Below, in pieces: positions 1-8,981 of a stretch of 64,000 nucleotides of DNA. The stretch is from contig JBEKMZ010000005.1 in assembly GCA_049523315.1 (NCBI GenBank), positions 10,179 through 74,178 on the forward strand, given 5' to 3'. Under the pieces are notes generated by a model, which worked only from the letters and a program-made list of their open reading frames with translations, was not told the DNA's origin and ran no database searches. Position 1 is the stretch's first letter; each line of letters opens with the position of its first letter. This DNA is from Acidimicrobiales bacterium (lineage in GTDB: Bacteria > Actinomycetota > Acidimicrobiia > Acidimicrobiales > Bog-793). Position numbers and translations under genes: made by a program.

Positions 1-130
1 TAAGGGCCGAACGTCACATTCCCATGTCGCCTTCCCGGTTCAGAGCTTGTGTTGCCGAACGGAATCCGACAGGCGGTAACTTTGAGAGGGGCCCGCGAAT
101 CTGTCGCGGCTGATGATGAGACGGAGGAGC

Positions 131-817
131 ATGGAACTCGAGTCTGAGGGTCACAAGCCGTCAGCCGACCTGCTTGCCGAGCTGGAGGCGGCCTCGGACC
201 GCCTCGACAAGGCGGACCCGATGGAGATCGTCGGATGGGCGGTAAACCGGTTTCCCGGGCAGGTTGCCCTCGCGGCCTCGTTCCAGGATGCCGCTCTGCT
301 CGACATGGCGGTTCGGGTCGACCCTTCCATAGAGGTGATCTTCCTCGACACCGAGTTCCATTTCCCCGAGACGCTCGCCTACGTGGAGCGACTTCGGCGC
401 CGTTACAACCTCAACTTGGTGATCACTCATCCGGAGGTGTCGCTCGAGGAGTTCCCCTGCGGCTCGAGCCGGTGTTGTGAGCTCCGCAAGGTCGCCCCGC
501 TGGCCAAGGCTCTCGAAGGTCACAGCGCCTGGATAACAGGCCTAAAGCGCGTGGACACGCCCGAGCGGGCCGCCGCCCCGGTGATCGCGTGGGACCCGAG
601 ACGAGCCATTGTGAAGGTGAACCCGGTTGCGGCCTGGGATGACGACGACGTCGACGAATACGTGACGGCTCACGATCTGCCGCGCCACCCGTTGAACTAC
701 GTGGGGTACGTCTCGATCGGATGCGCTCCGACGACGGTGCCGGTGCCCGAGGGCCGCCATCCCCGCGAGGGACGTTGGGCCGGTACCGCGAAGACCGAGT
801 GCGGCCTGCACGTTTGA
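131..817 (+). CDS. cysH: APS/PAPS reductase (CysH)
   Basis: [33 protein letters not shown] and C-terminal GRW..KTECGLH motifs; SD GGAGGAG before ATG 131. Confidence 0.93.
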   Translation: MELESEGHKPSADLLAELEAASDRLDKADPMEIVGWAVNRFPGQVALAASFQDAALLDMAVRVDPSIEVIFLDTEFHFPETLAYVERLRRRYNLNLVITHPEVSLEEFPCGSSRCCELRKVAPLAKALEGHSAWITGLKRVDTPERAAAPVIAWDPRRAIVKVNPVAAWDDDDVDEYVTAHDLPRHPLNYVGYVSIGCAPTTVPVPEGRHPREGRWAGTAKTECGLHV

Positions 818-822
818 GCGCC

Positions 823-840
823 TCGGGCCAGTTGGCCCGA
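823..840. other. Perfect 8-2-8 inverted repeat (TCGGGCCA-GT-TGGCCCGA) just after cysH; possible terminator stem or operator
   Basis: Inverted repeat read directly from the sequence; no U-tract follows. Confidence 0.3.
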
Positions 841-957
841 CAACAGGCATTAGCGGTCCCAGCTGAACTGCTGTATCGTCCGTCTTATCTGCACCGGCGT
901 TTCGGGGGGCGCACCAGGTTGCACCCTCCCGACAGCCCTTTTGAAGGGGAGATGATT

Positions 958-3900
958 ATGCGAGGAATCACACGAGCCGGGATACCCATGCGCGCCAAGA
1001 GCTTGGGCATCTCCTTGTTCGCCGCCACTTTGGCGGTACCTGCACTAGTACTGAGCCAGTCGGCGCCCGTTGGAGCGGCTCCAGGCCGCTCGGTGGCACG
1101 CGCCGTGGCCGAGCGTCCAATGACCGCGAAGGTGGCTGCCGAGCTGTCGAAGAACGTGAACCGCCATGTGATCGTGATCATGAAGAGCCAGCTCGCGCAG
1201 GCACACATCGGCACGAGCGCGGCGACTTTGCGCTCCAACCTGATTGCCGCTCTGCAGGCTCCGTTGATTAGTGAGTTGCACGCGGTTCACGCCACGCACA
1301 TAAAGGCATTTCGGCTGCTGAACTCCCTCTCCGCCACGGTGTCATCCGGCGAGGAGTCATGGCTAAAGGCCAACCCGGCGGTCAAAGAGGTCATCCCGGA
1401 CGTGACAATCCACGGCGCGTCGCCCTCGTCGGCCTCCGGCGCCACGTCCTTCGAGTCGGCGAAGGCGTTGTCCTCCAAGTCGGTGGCGAAGTCGGCCTCC
1501 GACCCGTCCACGACGCTCACGCCAAATGTGATCCCCGGTGCGTGCGGACCCAACGGCCAGGTTCAGCTCGCTCCCGAGGGCCTGGCGTTGACCAACACGG
1601 ACTCCGGCAACCCCTTCCAGAAGACCGCGCGGTCGCTCGGTATCACCGGTGCGGGCGTGAAGGTCGCCTGGATCGCAGATGGCGTCGACCCTGACAACAT
1701 CAACTTCATCCGCCCCAACAACACCTCGGTGTTCAGCGACTACGAGGACTTCTCCGGCGACGGTCCGGGCGCGTACACGAGCGGCGACGAGGCGTTCCTG
1801 GACTCGAACCAGATCGCCGGTCAGGGCATCCACGTCTATGACCTCAACGGCTTTAGCGCCCAGGGCGACCCCTCGTCGTGCAACATCCGCATCGAGGGCG
1901 TGGCTCCCGGCGCCAGCCTGGTCGGCCTGGACGTCTTCGGCTCATTCGAGGACACCACCACATCCAACTTCCTCGAGGCCATCAACTACGCAGTCGAGGC
2001 CGCGCACGTCAACGTGCTAAACGAGTCGTTCGGGTCCAGCCCGTTCCCGGACATCACCGCCCTTGATGTGACCAAGCAGTTCAATGACGCCGCCGTCGCG
2101 GCCGGTGTTGTCGTCAGCGTCTCGACCGGCGACGCGGGAACGACCAACACCATCGGCTCGCCAGCGACCGACCCGAACGTTATCTCGGTCGGCGCGTCGA
2201 CCCAGTTCCAGGCCTATGCCCAGACGAACTACGCCGCCGCCCGGTACTTCGCGACGACGGGCTGGCTGAGCGACAACATCAGCTCGCTGAGCTCGGGTGG
2301 TTACGACGAGACCGGTGGCACCGTTGATCTTGTCGCCCCCGGTGACATCAGCTTCGCCTCTTGTGACGCCAGCTCGCTCTTTGCGGGATGCACGAACTTC
2401 CAGGGCCAGTCGTCTGACATAGAGGAGAGCGGCGGCACGAGCGAGTCGTCCCCGTTCGTCGCCGGTGCCGCGGCACTCGTCATCCAGGCCTACCGCCAGA
2501 CGCACCACGGTGCGACGCCGGTGCCGGCTCTCGTCAAGCAGATCCTCCTCAGCACGGCGACGGACCTCGGCACTCCTGCCACCGAGCAGGGCGCCGGACT
2601 GTTGAACAGCTACGCGGCCGTCGAGATGGCAGAGTCGATCCCGACCCAGGCCGGCTCACCCAAGCCTGTGGGCGACACCTTGATGACCTCGACCAACCAG
2701 CTGAACGCAGTCGCCAACCCGGGCAGTTACGAGACCTGGCCGGTCACGGTCACCAACACCGGTGCCCACACCCAGTTCGTGCGGCTGTCCGGCCGGAGCT
2801 TCGGGCCGAGCGAGGACACCCAGAGCGGCAGCGTCACCTTGACCGACGGCGTCAACCCGGAATTCGCGAACTACCAGGGGCTGCAGAACAACTACGCCGT
2901 TATCCACTTCAATGTGCAACGTGATCAGGACCGCCTCGACGCCTCGATCGCCTATCCGGGCACTCCTGCAAATGGGAACAACTCCCGCGTGCGCCTGATC
3001 CTGATCGACCCCCTCGGCCGCTTCGCAGCTCACAGCCTGCCCCAAGGCGTCGGCAACTACGGCAACGTCGACATCCGCTACCCCGTTGCTGGCACCTGGA
3101 CCGGCGTGATCTTCGGTGACGTGGCGGCGGATGGCGGTACGAACGGGACAATCCCGTGGCAGGTCTCGACTCAGAAGTTCGTCCCCTTCGGCTCCGTCTC
3201 GCCGTCGTCGCTAGTGCTGTACCCGGGCGAGAGCAGGACCGTTTGGGTGAGCGCGACCACGCCATGGTCGCCCGGGGACTCCTCCGGCTCGATTGTGCTG
3301 AGCTCGGACCAGAGCGACGTCAGCACCTCCATCCCTGTCACGCTCCGCAGCCTTGTGCCGGTGTTTGGTGGCAACGGCGTCTTCAGCGGGGTGCTCACTG
3401 GCGGGAACGGGCGGCCCCCAGGCCAGGGCCAGGTGGACTACTACGAGTTCAACGTCGGCCGCTCGGTGCATAACATCACCGCGAACGTCTCGCTCACCAA
3501 TGACCCGGGCGACCCGGTGGGTGCCTACCTGGTCAGCCCGGACGGAGACACGCTCGGCTACGGGCAAAACGGCGTCAACGGTACCCCGACGACGACGCTG
3601 TCGGCTTGGACATTGAACCCGGCCCAGGGTACCTGGACCCTCGTCTTGGAGTTTGCCGAGCCGATCGTCGGCGACGAGGTGTCTCAGCCTTTCACCGGCA
3701 ACATCGAGTTCAACGCCGTCAGGGCTTCGGCCTCGGGCCTTCCGGACAGCTCCCGGGTCACGCTGGCTGCGGGCGATCCGCTGGTTGTCCCTGTCTCCAT
3801 AACCAACAACGGTGCGGACCCTGAGGACTTCTTCGTCGACCCGCGCCTCGACGCGTCGAGCCCGCTTGCGCTCGTGGCTCTCTACCCGAACGTCGTGAGC

Positions 3901-4464
3901 CTGCCGGAGCTGAGCTTTGAGCCGACCTGGTTCGTGCCGACCGAGACCTCGAGCGTCTCGGTCACAGAGACATCGAGCCTGCCGGCCATGTTCGACTACG
4001 GGCCGTACCCGGGTGACCCCGACCTGGGCAGTTCAGCTGTCAGGCCCGGGCCGCTTTGCTCCGACACGGCGTCGGCCTCCTACAGCCCGCCCGGGGGTTC
4101 CGTGCCGGCCGGGTTGTGGTACGCCGGTCCCACCGAATGTGGGCCTTACGCCGCGCCGGCTCCAACGGGCACGGCTACCACCAACATGACCGTTCAGACC
4201 AAGGGATTCGACACCTCCGTGACCTCGAAGACGGGCGACCTGTTCTACGACCTCGCTGTCGATCCGGCCTTGGGCTTCGATCCCGTGGTTATCGACCCGG
4301 GCCAGACGGTCGTCGTGGACGTGACAATCACCCCGTCGGGCCCAAGCGGCACGGTCGTGAACGGCACGCTTTACGTCGATGACGCCATCGCCGGCATCTC
4401 CCCGTACGGCCAGGAGAGCGGGGACGAGCTGATCGGTCTGCCGTACAGCTACACGATCGGCTAG
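958..4464 (+). CDS. Secreted subtilase (S8-like architecture: signal peptide, I9-like prodomain, catalytic domain, PPC/beta-sandwich C-terminal domains) with atypical catalytic residues
   Basis: [65 protein letters not shown]; SD GAAGGGGAG before ATG 958 (952 and 988 are alternative starts). Confidence 0.88.
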   Translation: MRGITRAGIPMRAKSLGISLFAATLAVPALVLSQSAPVGAAPGRSVARAVAERPMTAKVAAELSKNVNRHVIVIMKSQLAQAHIGTSAATLRSNLIAALQAPLISELHAVHATHIKAFRLLNSLSATVSSGEESWLKANPAVKEVIPDVTIHGASPSSASGATSFESAKALSSKSVAKSASDPSTTLTPNVIPGACGPNGQVQLAPEGLALTNTDSGNPFQKTARSLGITGAGVKVAWIADGVDPDNINFIRPNNTSVFSDYEDFSGDGPGAYTSGDEAFLDSNQIAGQGIHVYDLNGFSAQGDPSSCNIRIEGVAPGASLVGLDVFGSFEDTTTSNFLEAINYAVEAAHVNVLNESFGSSPFPDITALDVTKQFNDAAVAAGVVVSVSTGDAGTTNTIGSPATDPNVISVGASTQFQAYAQTNYAAARYFATTGWLSDNISSLSSGGYDETGGTVDLVAPGDISFASCDASSLFAGCTNFQGQSSDIEESGGTSESSPFVAGAAALVIQAYRQTHHGATPVPALVKQILLSTATDLGTPATEQGAGLLNSYAAVEMAESIPTQAGSPKPVGDTLMTSTNQLNAVANPGSYETWPVTVTNTGAHTQFVRLSGRSFGPSEDTQSGSVTLTDGVNPEFANYQGLQNNYAVIHFNVQRDQDRLDASIAYPGTPANGNNSRVRLILIDPLGRFAAHSLPQGVGNYGNVDIRYPVAGTWTGVIFGDVAADGGTNGTIPWQVSTQKFVPFGSVSPSSLVLYPGESRTVWVSATTPWSPGDSSGSIVLSSDQSDVSTSIPVTLRSLVPVFGGNGVFSGVLTGGNGRPPGQGQVDYYEFNVGRSVHNITANVSLTNDPGDPVGAYLVSPDGDTLGYGQNGVNGTPTTTLSAWTLNPAQGTWTLVLEFAEPIVGDEVSQPFTGNIEFNAVRASASGLPDSSRVTLAAGDPLVVPVSITNNGADPEDFFVDPRLDASSPLALVALYPNVVSLPELSFEPTWFVPTETSSVSVTETSSLPAMFDYGPYPGDPDLGSSAVRPGPLCSDTASASYSPPGGSVPAGLWYAGPTECGPYAAPAPTGTATTNMTVQTKGFDTSVTSKTGDLFYDLAVDPALGFDPVVIDPGQTVVVDVTITPSGPSGTVVNGTLYVDDAIAGISPYGQESGDELIGLPYSYTIG

Positions 4465-4486
4465 TCGTCGGCACGATCGAATAGAA

Positions 4487-4530
4487 GTGGCGCCTGACCG
4501 GGGACCGACGAGGCCCCCGGCAGGCGCCAC
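4487..4530 (+). terminator. Strong GC hairpin, probable intrinsic terminator after the subtilase
   Basis: GTGGCGCCTG-A-CCGGGG ... CCCCGG-CAGGCGCCAC stem followed by ATTTC. Confidence 0.65.
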
Positions 4531-4581
4531 ATTTCGCGCATCGGCCCTGAATTGAGCGGTGGGCGGCTAGCCTCGGAACAA

Positions 4582-7500
4582 GTGGCCAGGCGTCGTAGGA
4601 AAGACGAAGGCCCGAGCGTCGAAGGCCCGGGCATCGCTCCGGTGGAAGCCGAGGTGCGTGAGCTCGTCGCCCGCATCTCCGAGCTCGGAAGTGACACCGA
4701 GACGCGCACGTTCGGGATCACCCGTGGGACCGAGTGGCTCATGCGGCGCGCCATGCGGAATGAGGCCCTGCGGACGCAGCTGTTCCGTTTTGTCGACGCC
4801 CTACCGGCAATGGCCGACGACTCAGAGCTGTACCGCCACGTCGAGGAGTACTTCGGGGGCGGCGTTATGCCGGGGCTCTTCTCCTGGGGGCTTGCCCAGT
4901 CGAGGCGCGTTCCTGGCGGTCACAAGCTCGTGGCACGGACTGCGCGCCGCGAGGTCGCCAGGATGGCGACGCAGTTCATCGTCGCCACCGACGCGACGAA
5001 CACCGCAGCTCAGCTCGGGGCACTTTGGCGGAGGGGACGAGCAGCCACAGTCGACCTTCTCGGCGAGCACACCCATTCACAGGCCGAGGCTGACCGATAC
5101 GCGGCCAGGCTCGCCGACCTCGTCTCGGTGCTGATCGAGGCGAGCCGCGCCTGGCCGGACGACGAGGTTCTGGAGCGGGATGATCTCGGCCCACTCGGCC
5201 GCGTTGCCGTCGCGATAAAGCCAACCGCGCTCGCCCCGGACTTCACCGCCCTCACTGCTGATGCCGGGGTGTCCTCCGCCGCCCGGCGACTCATGCCGAT
5301 CCTGGAAGGCGCGGCCGCGAACGGTGCCCAGGTCTGGTTCGATCTCGAGCGCTACGAGGTCAAGCAAGTCACTCACCGGCTCGTTCGCGAGCTCCTGAGC
5401 CGCCCGGAACTCGCCCGGCTCCAAGCGGGGATCGTGGTGCAGACCTACCTGCGTGACAGCTACGAGGATCTGACCTTCTTGTGCGAGTGGGCGAAGGGAC
5501 GTGAGGTCCCTCTGGGCATCCGGCTCGTGAAGGGCGCCTACTGGGACACCGAAACCGTCGTCGCCGAAGCAGCGTCGTGGCCCGTGCCCGTCTATGAGCA
5601 AAAGGGCGACACGGACGCGAACTTCGAGAGATGCGTGCGCCTCGTCCACTCCCACCACGGTCATGTGCGGGCGGCGTTCGGCTCGCACAACCTGCGCTCG
5701 CTCGCCTACGCGATCGCAGCCGCTCGCGCGGCGGGGATCCCCGACAACGGCTACGAGGTCCAGCTGCTGTGGGGCATGGCCGAGCCCGTGCACGAGGCGT
5801 TTCGCCGGCTCGGTTTCCGGTTGCGGGTGTACTCGCCCATGGGCGAGCTCGTGCCCGGCATGGCCTACCTCGTGCGCCGCCTGCTCGAGAACACCTCTAA
5901 CGACAGCTTCGTGCGATTGCGTTTCGCGGAGCACAAGGATCTCGCCTCATTGGTGGCGGTACCGGTTGGCGACCTTGGCGCGCTGCCGGCGACAACCCTC
6001 GGCCGAGCCGTCGTCGCCCGGCCGCTGACCGACACGCGCCGCCCTCGGCCGTACGCGCCCGAGCCGCTCGTTCGGTGGTTCGCGCCGGATGCTCCGGGCC
6101 TGATGAGCGCGGCGCTAGAGAAGGTGCGCGCCTCTCTCGGGGGCGAGGTGCACGGGCTGATCGGCGCCGCGGACCTGCGCACGCAAAGGACCCTCGTCTC
6201 GGTCGATCCTGCCGAGCCGGCGACGATCGTGGCCGTCTCGGCTTGCTGCGGCCCGTCCGACGCGGACCGGGCAGTCGAGGCGGCGGCCTCGGCCTTCGGG
6301 CCCTGGAGCCGAACGGCCCCGGCCGAACGCGCCGGCGTGCTGTTCCGGGCCGCTGACTGGCTGCGCTCCCGCAAGCTCGAGCTGGCGGCGCTGGAGGTCT
6401 TCGAAGCGGGCAAGTGCTGGGACGATGCCGACGCGGACGTGGCCGAGGCGATCGACTTTCTCGAGTACTACGGCCGCGAGGGCCTGCGCCTCGCCGAGGG
6501 CGGCAAGGTCCAGTCGCCGCCGGGTGAGATCAATCGCCTTAGCTATCACGGCCGCGGTGTGACAGCGGTGATATCCCCGTGGAACTTCCCGCTCGCGATC
6601 CCGTGCGGGATGGTGAGCGCCGCCCTGGTCGCCGGCAACACCGTCGTCCTGAAGCCGGCGGAACAGACTCCCGCCATCGCCGCCATGCTCGTCCGGGCGC
6701 TGCGTGAAGGTGGGCTCCCTGACGGTGTGCTGTGTTTCGTCCCGGGTCTAGGTGAGGAGATCGGCGCCCATCTCGTCACCCATCCCGTCGTCAGCCTCGT
6801 TGCCTTCACGGGCTCAAAGCAGGTCGGGCTCGGCATAGTTGAATCGGCCGCCCGCACTAAACACGGCCAGAGAGAGATCCGCCGCGTCATTGCCGAGCTC
6901 GGGGGGAAGAACGCGATCATCATCGACTCCGACGCCGATCTCGACGAGGCGGTCCCGGTCGCGATGCGTTCGGTCTTCGGGTTCTGCGGGCAACGCTGCT
7001 CTGCAGCGTCGCGGATCATCACCGTCGGTGCAGTGCACGAAGCTTTCCTCGAGCGGTTTGTCGAAGCGACGCGGTCTTTGGCCATCGGGCCACCGGCCGA
7101 GCAAGGCACCCAGCTCGGGCCGGTCATCGACGAGGACTCGGTCAAGCGCATCCGCGGATGGCAGGACCGTGCCGACCAGTTTGGTCACGTCGTGCTGCGG
7201 CGCGAGGAGCTGCCAGCTACCGGCTACTTCGTCGCTCCCACGATCGTGGACGAGGCGGCACCGGGATCGCCGCTCGTGACAGAGGAGATCTTCGGGCCGA
7301 TAGCAGCCGTCATGGCTGCTCGGGACTTCGAGCATGCCCTCGAGCTCGCGAACGAGACCGACTTCGCGCTCACGGCAGGGATCATGTCGCGCTCGCCGTC
7401 GCACATCGAGCGCGCCTCAGCGACGCTCAGGGGCGGGAACATATACGTCAACCGGGCGATCACCGGGGCGGTCGTCGGGCGCCAACCCTTCGGTGGCCAC

Positions 7501-7626
7501 GGCATGTCCGGCGTCGGCTCGAAGGCGGGCGGGCCTGACTACCTGCTCCAGTTCATGCACCCGAGAGTCGTGACCGAGAACACGCTCCGCCAGGGCTTTG
7601 CCCCCGTTGACGAGCCGGCCCAGTGA
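4582..7626 (+). CDS. putA: Bifunctional proline dehydrogenase / L-glutamate gamma-semialdehyde (P5C) dehydrogenase, without an N-terminal DNA-binding domain
   Basis: DLLGE, RLVKGAYWD, SHN, AYLVRRLLEN; ALDH motifs SPWNFP, FTGS, ELGGKN, GQRCSA, EEIFGP, PFGG; start GTG 4582 chosen because TAGCCT lies 8 nt upstream. Confidence 0.95.
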   Translation: MARRRRKDEGPSVEGPGIAPVEAEVRELVARISELGSDTETRTFGITRGTEWLMRRAMRNEALRTQLFRFVDALPAMADDSELYRHVEEYFGGGVMPGLFSWGLAQSRRVPGGHKLVARTARREVARMATQFIVATDATNTAAQLGALWRRGRAATVDLLGEHTHSQAEADRYAARLADLVSVLIEASRAWPDDEVLERDDLGPLGRVAVAIKPTALAPDFTALTADAGVSSAARRLMPILEGAAANGAQVWFDLERYEVKQVTHRLVRELLSRPELARLQAGIVVQTYLRDSYEDLTFLCEWAKGREVPLGIRLVKGAYWDTETVVAEAASWPVPVYEQKGDTDANFERCVRLVHSHHGHVRAAFGSHNLRSLAYAIAAARAAGIPDNGYEVQLLWGMAEPVHEAFRRLGFRLRVYSPMGELVPGMAYLVRRLLENTSNDSFVRLRFAEHKDLASLVAVPVGDLGALPATTLGRAVVARPLTDTRRPRPYAPEPLVRWFAPDAPGLMSAALEKVRASLGGEVHGLIGAADLRTQRTLVSVDPAEPATIVAVSACCGPSDADRAVEAAASAFGPWSRTAPAERAGVLFRAADWLRSRKLELAALEVFEAGKCWDDADADVAEAIDFLEYYGREGLRLAEGGKVQSPPGEINRLSYHGRGVTAVISPWNFPLAIPCGMVSAALVAGNTVVLKPAEQTPAIAAMLVRALREGGLPDGVLCFVPGLGEEIGAHLVTHPVVSLVAFTGSKQVGLGIVESAARTKHGQREIRRVIAELGGKNAIIIDSDADLDEAVPVAMRSVFGFCGQRCSAASRIITVGAVHEAFLERFVEATRSLAIGPPAEQGTQLGPVIDEDSVKRIRGWQDRADQFGHVVLRREELPATGYFVAPTIVDEAAPGSPLVTEEIFGPIAAVMAARDFEHALELANETDFALTAGIMSRSPSHIERASATLRGGNIYVNRAITGAVVGRQPFGGHGMSGVGSKAGGPDYLLQFMHPRVVTENTLRQGFAPVDEPAQ

Positions 7627-8393
7627 CGACCACGCCGATCTTCAACGGCGTAGGAGTGGCGCTCGTGACAATCTTCGACTCCACAGGCGCCGTGGACGCC
7701 GGCGCGACGGCAGAGCTAGCGAGCCGGCTCGTCGAGCTCGGGGTCAAGTCCGTCCTCGTCGCCGGGTCCAACGGCGAGGCGGCATCGCTGGAACCCGACG
7801 AGAGGGCGCTGCTTGTCGGCGCCGTAAGGGCGGCGCTGCCTCCACAAGTTGTCGTGCTGGCGGGCTCGGGCGCAGCTTCGGCGCGCCAAGCAGCGCGTCT
7901 CACCCGTGTCGTCCTCGACGCCGGGGCCGATGGCGTGCTCGCGCTCTCGCCACCGCAGAGCTCCGATGCCCGTGATTACTACGAGCTCGTGGCCGAGGCT
8001 GCGGGACCAGCAAGCGTCCTCGCGTACCACTTCCCCAGCGTCTCTCCTCCGGGACTGCCCGTTGGCGTCCTCGGCGAACTCCCTGTTGCCGGCATCAAGG
8101 ACTCGAGCGGGGACATCCGGCGTCTTTACGACGAGCTCGAGGGCTTCCCCGGTTGGCTCTACACCGGCTCGGCGAACCTGGTGCTGCTGGCGGGAGCACT
8201 CGAGTGCGCGGGTGCGATCCTCGGTATTGCGAACCTCGAGCCGGAGCTCGCAGTCCGGGCCTTCGAAGGTGACGGGACGGCGCAGCGCCAGCTCGTCGCA
8301 GCCGCGGACGCCGTGTCGGGCCACTGGCCGCACGGATTGAAACAGCGAGTCGCTGCCCGCTTCGGCACGTCCGCGGTCGTTCGGATGGGCTAG
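7623..8393 (+). CDS. DapA/NAL-family class I aldolase (GSNGE type)
   Basis: AGSNGEA, LAYHFP, GIKDSSGD (Schiff-base Lys); overlaps the putA stop (GTGA). Confidence 0.85.
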   Translation: MTTTPIFNGVGVALVTIFDSTGAVDAGATAELASRLVELGVKSVLVAGSNGEAASLEPDERALLVGAVRAALPPQVVVLAGSGAASARQAARLTRVVLDAGADGVLALSPPQSSDARDYYELVAEAAGPASVLAYHFPSVSPPGLPVGVLGELPVAGIKDSSGDIRRLYDELEGFPGWLYTGSANLVLLAGALECAGAILGIANLEPELAVRAFEGDGTAQRQLVAAADAVSGHWPHGLKQRVAARFGTSAVVRMG

Positions 8394-8421
8394 CGGCCCG
8401 TCGCCGTCGCCGGACCCGTGC

Positions 8422-8766
8422 TCATGGCTTGTGCTTTAGCACCTGGCAACTCACACAACGCGTCGCCCACGGCAGTGCCTCGAGCCGCTCTTCGCCGATT
8501 GCCCGCCCGCACTCGTCGCATAGCCCGTAACTGCCGTCCCCGAGCTTGTTGAGGGCGCGGTCTATGTCGGACGCGACCTGTCGGAGCTGACCAGCGGTCA
8601 TGGTCCGGGTCATCTGCATGACCGCGTCCGCGATGTGGTCGCCTGCGCGCTTGCCGAACTGCATCTGCACGCCCGGGGCGCGCACGGGCTCGGCGAGCTC
8701 GGAGAGCTGGGCCGCGAGCTCGTCACGGCGCGCACTCAACAGCGCCATCAGCTGATCTCGTTCCAC
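8422..8766 (-). CDS. TraR/DksA family C4 zinc-finger protein
   Basis: Coiled coil followed by GSYGLCDECG..I..ERLEALPWATRCVSC; SD GGAGG upstream. Confidence 0.88.
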   Translation of the reverse strand: MERDQLMALLSARRDELAAQLSELAEPVRAPGVQMQFGKRAGDHIADAVMQMTRTMTAGQLRQVASDIDRALNKLGDGSYGLCDECGRAIGEERLEALPWATRCVSCQVLKHKP

Positions 8767-8861
8767 TCTCGCCTCCGGGACGATCCTACGGCCAGGAGAT
8801 TCTCAGCCTGTCCGTCGTGATCTCCGGCACTGTGATCGAGCTCAAGCGGCCACGCCCTAAA

Positions 8862-8875
8862 CTTGTCATTGCAAG
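8862..8875. promoter_or_regulatory. Imperfect palindrome CTTGTCATTGCAAG, possible repressor operator for the MFS gene
   Basis: Dyad symmetry in an AT-richer patch of the divergent intergenic region. Confidence 0.35.
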
Positions 8876-8981
8876 CCCCTTCTCAGGCCCCTCGAGGGCC
8901 GCACCGGCTCAGCACGCGCGGTATGTGCCGGAAGGCTTGGCTGCTTAGTTGGTGACGGCTTCCGGAGAGGTGAGCGTGTAG

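Noticed and set aside
1-130. SAM-type riboswitch upstream of cysH
   Set aside because: No SAM-I or SAM-IV consensus elements recognisable, and the upstream context is cut by the window edge
721-957. N-terminal extensions in the ORF track (subtilase from 721, secA from 11991, PilX-like from 32034, hutI from 46741)
   Set aside because: They overlap upstream genes; better starts with SD, -10 or stop-start coupling lie downstream
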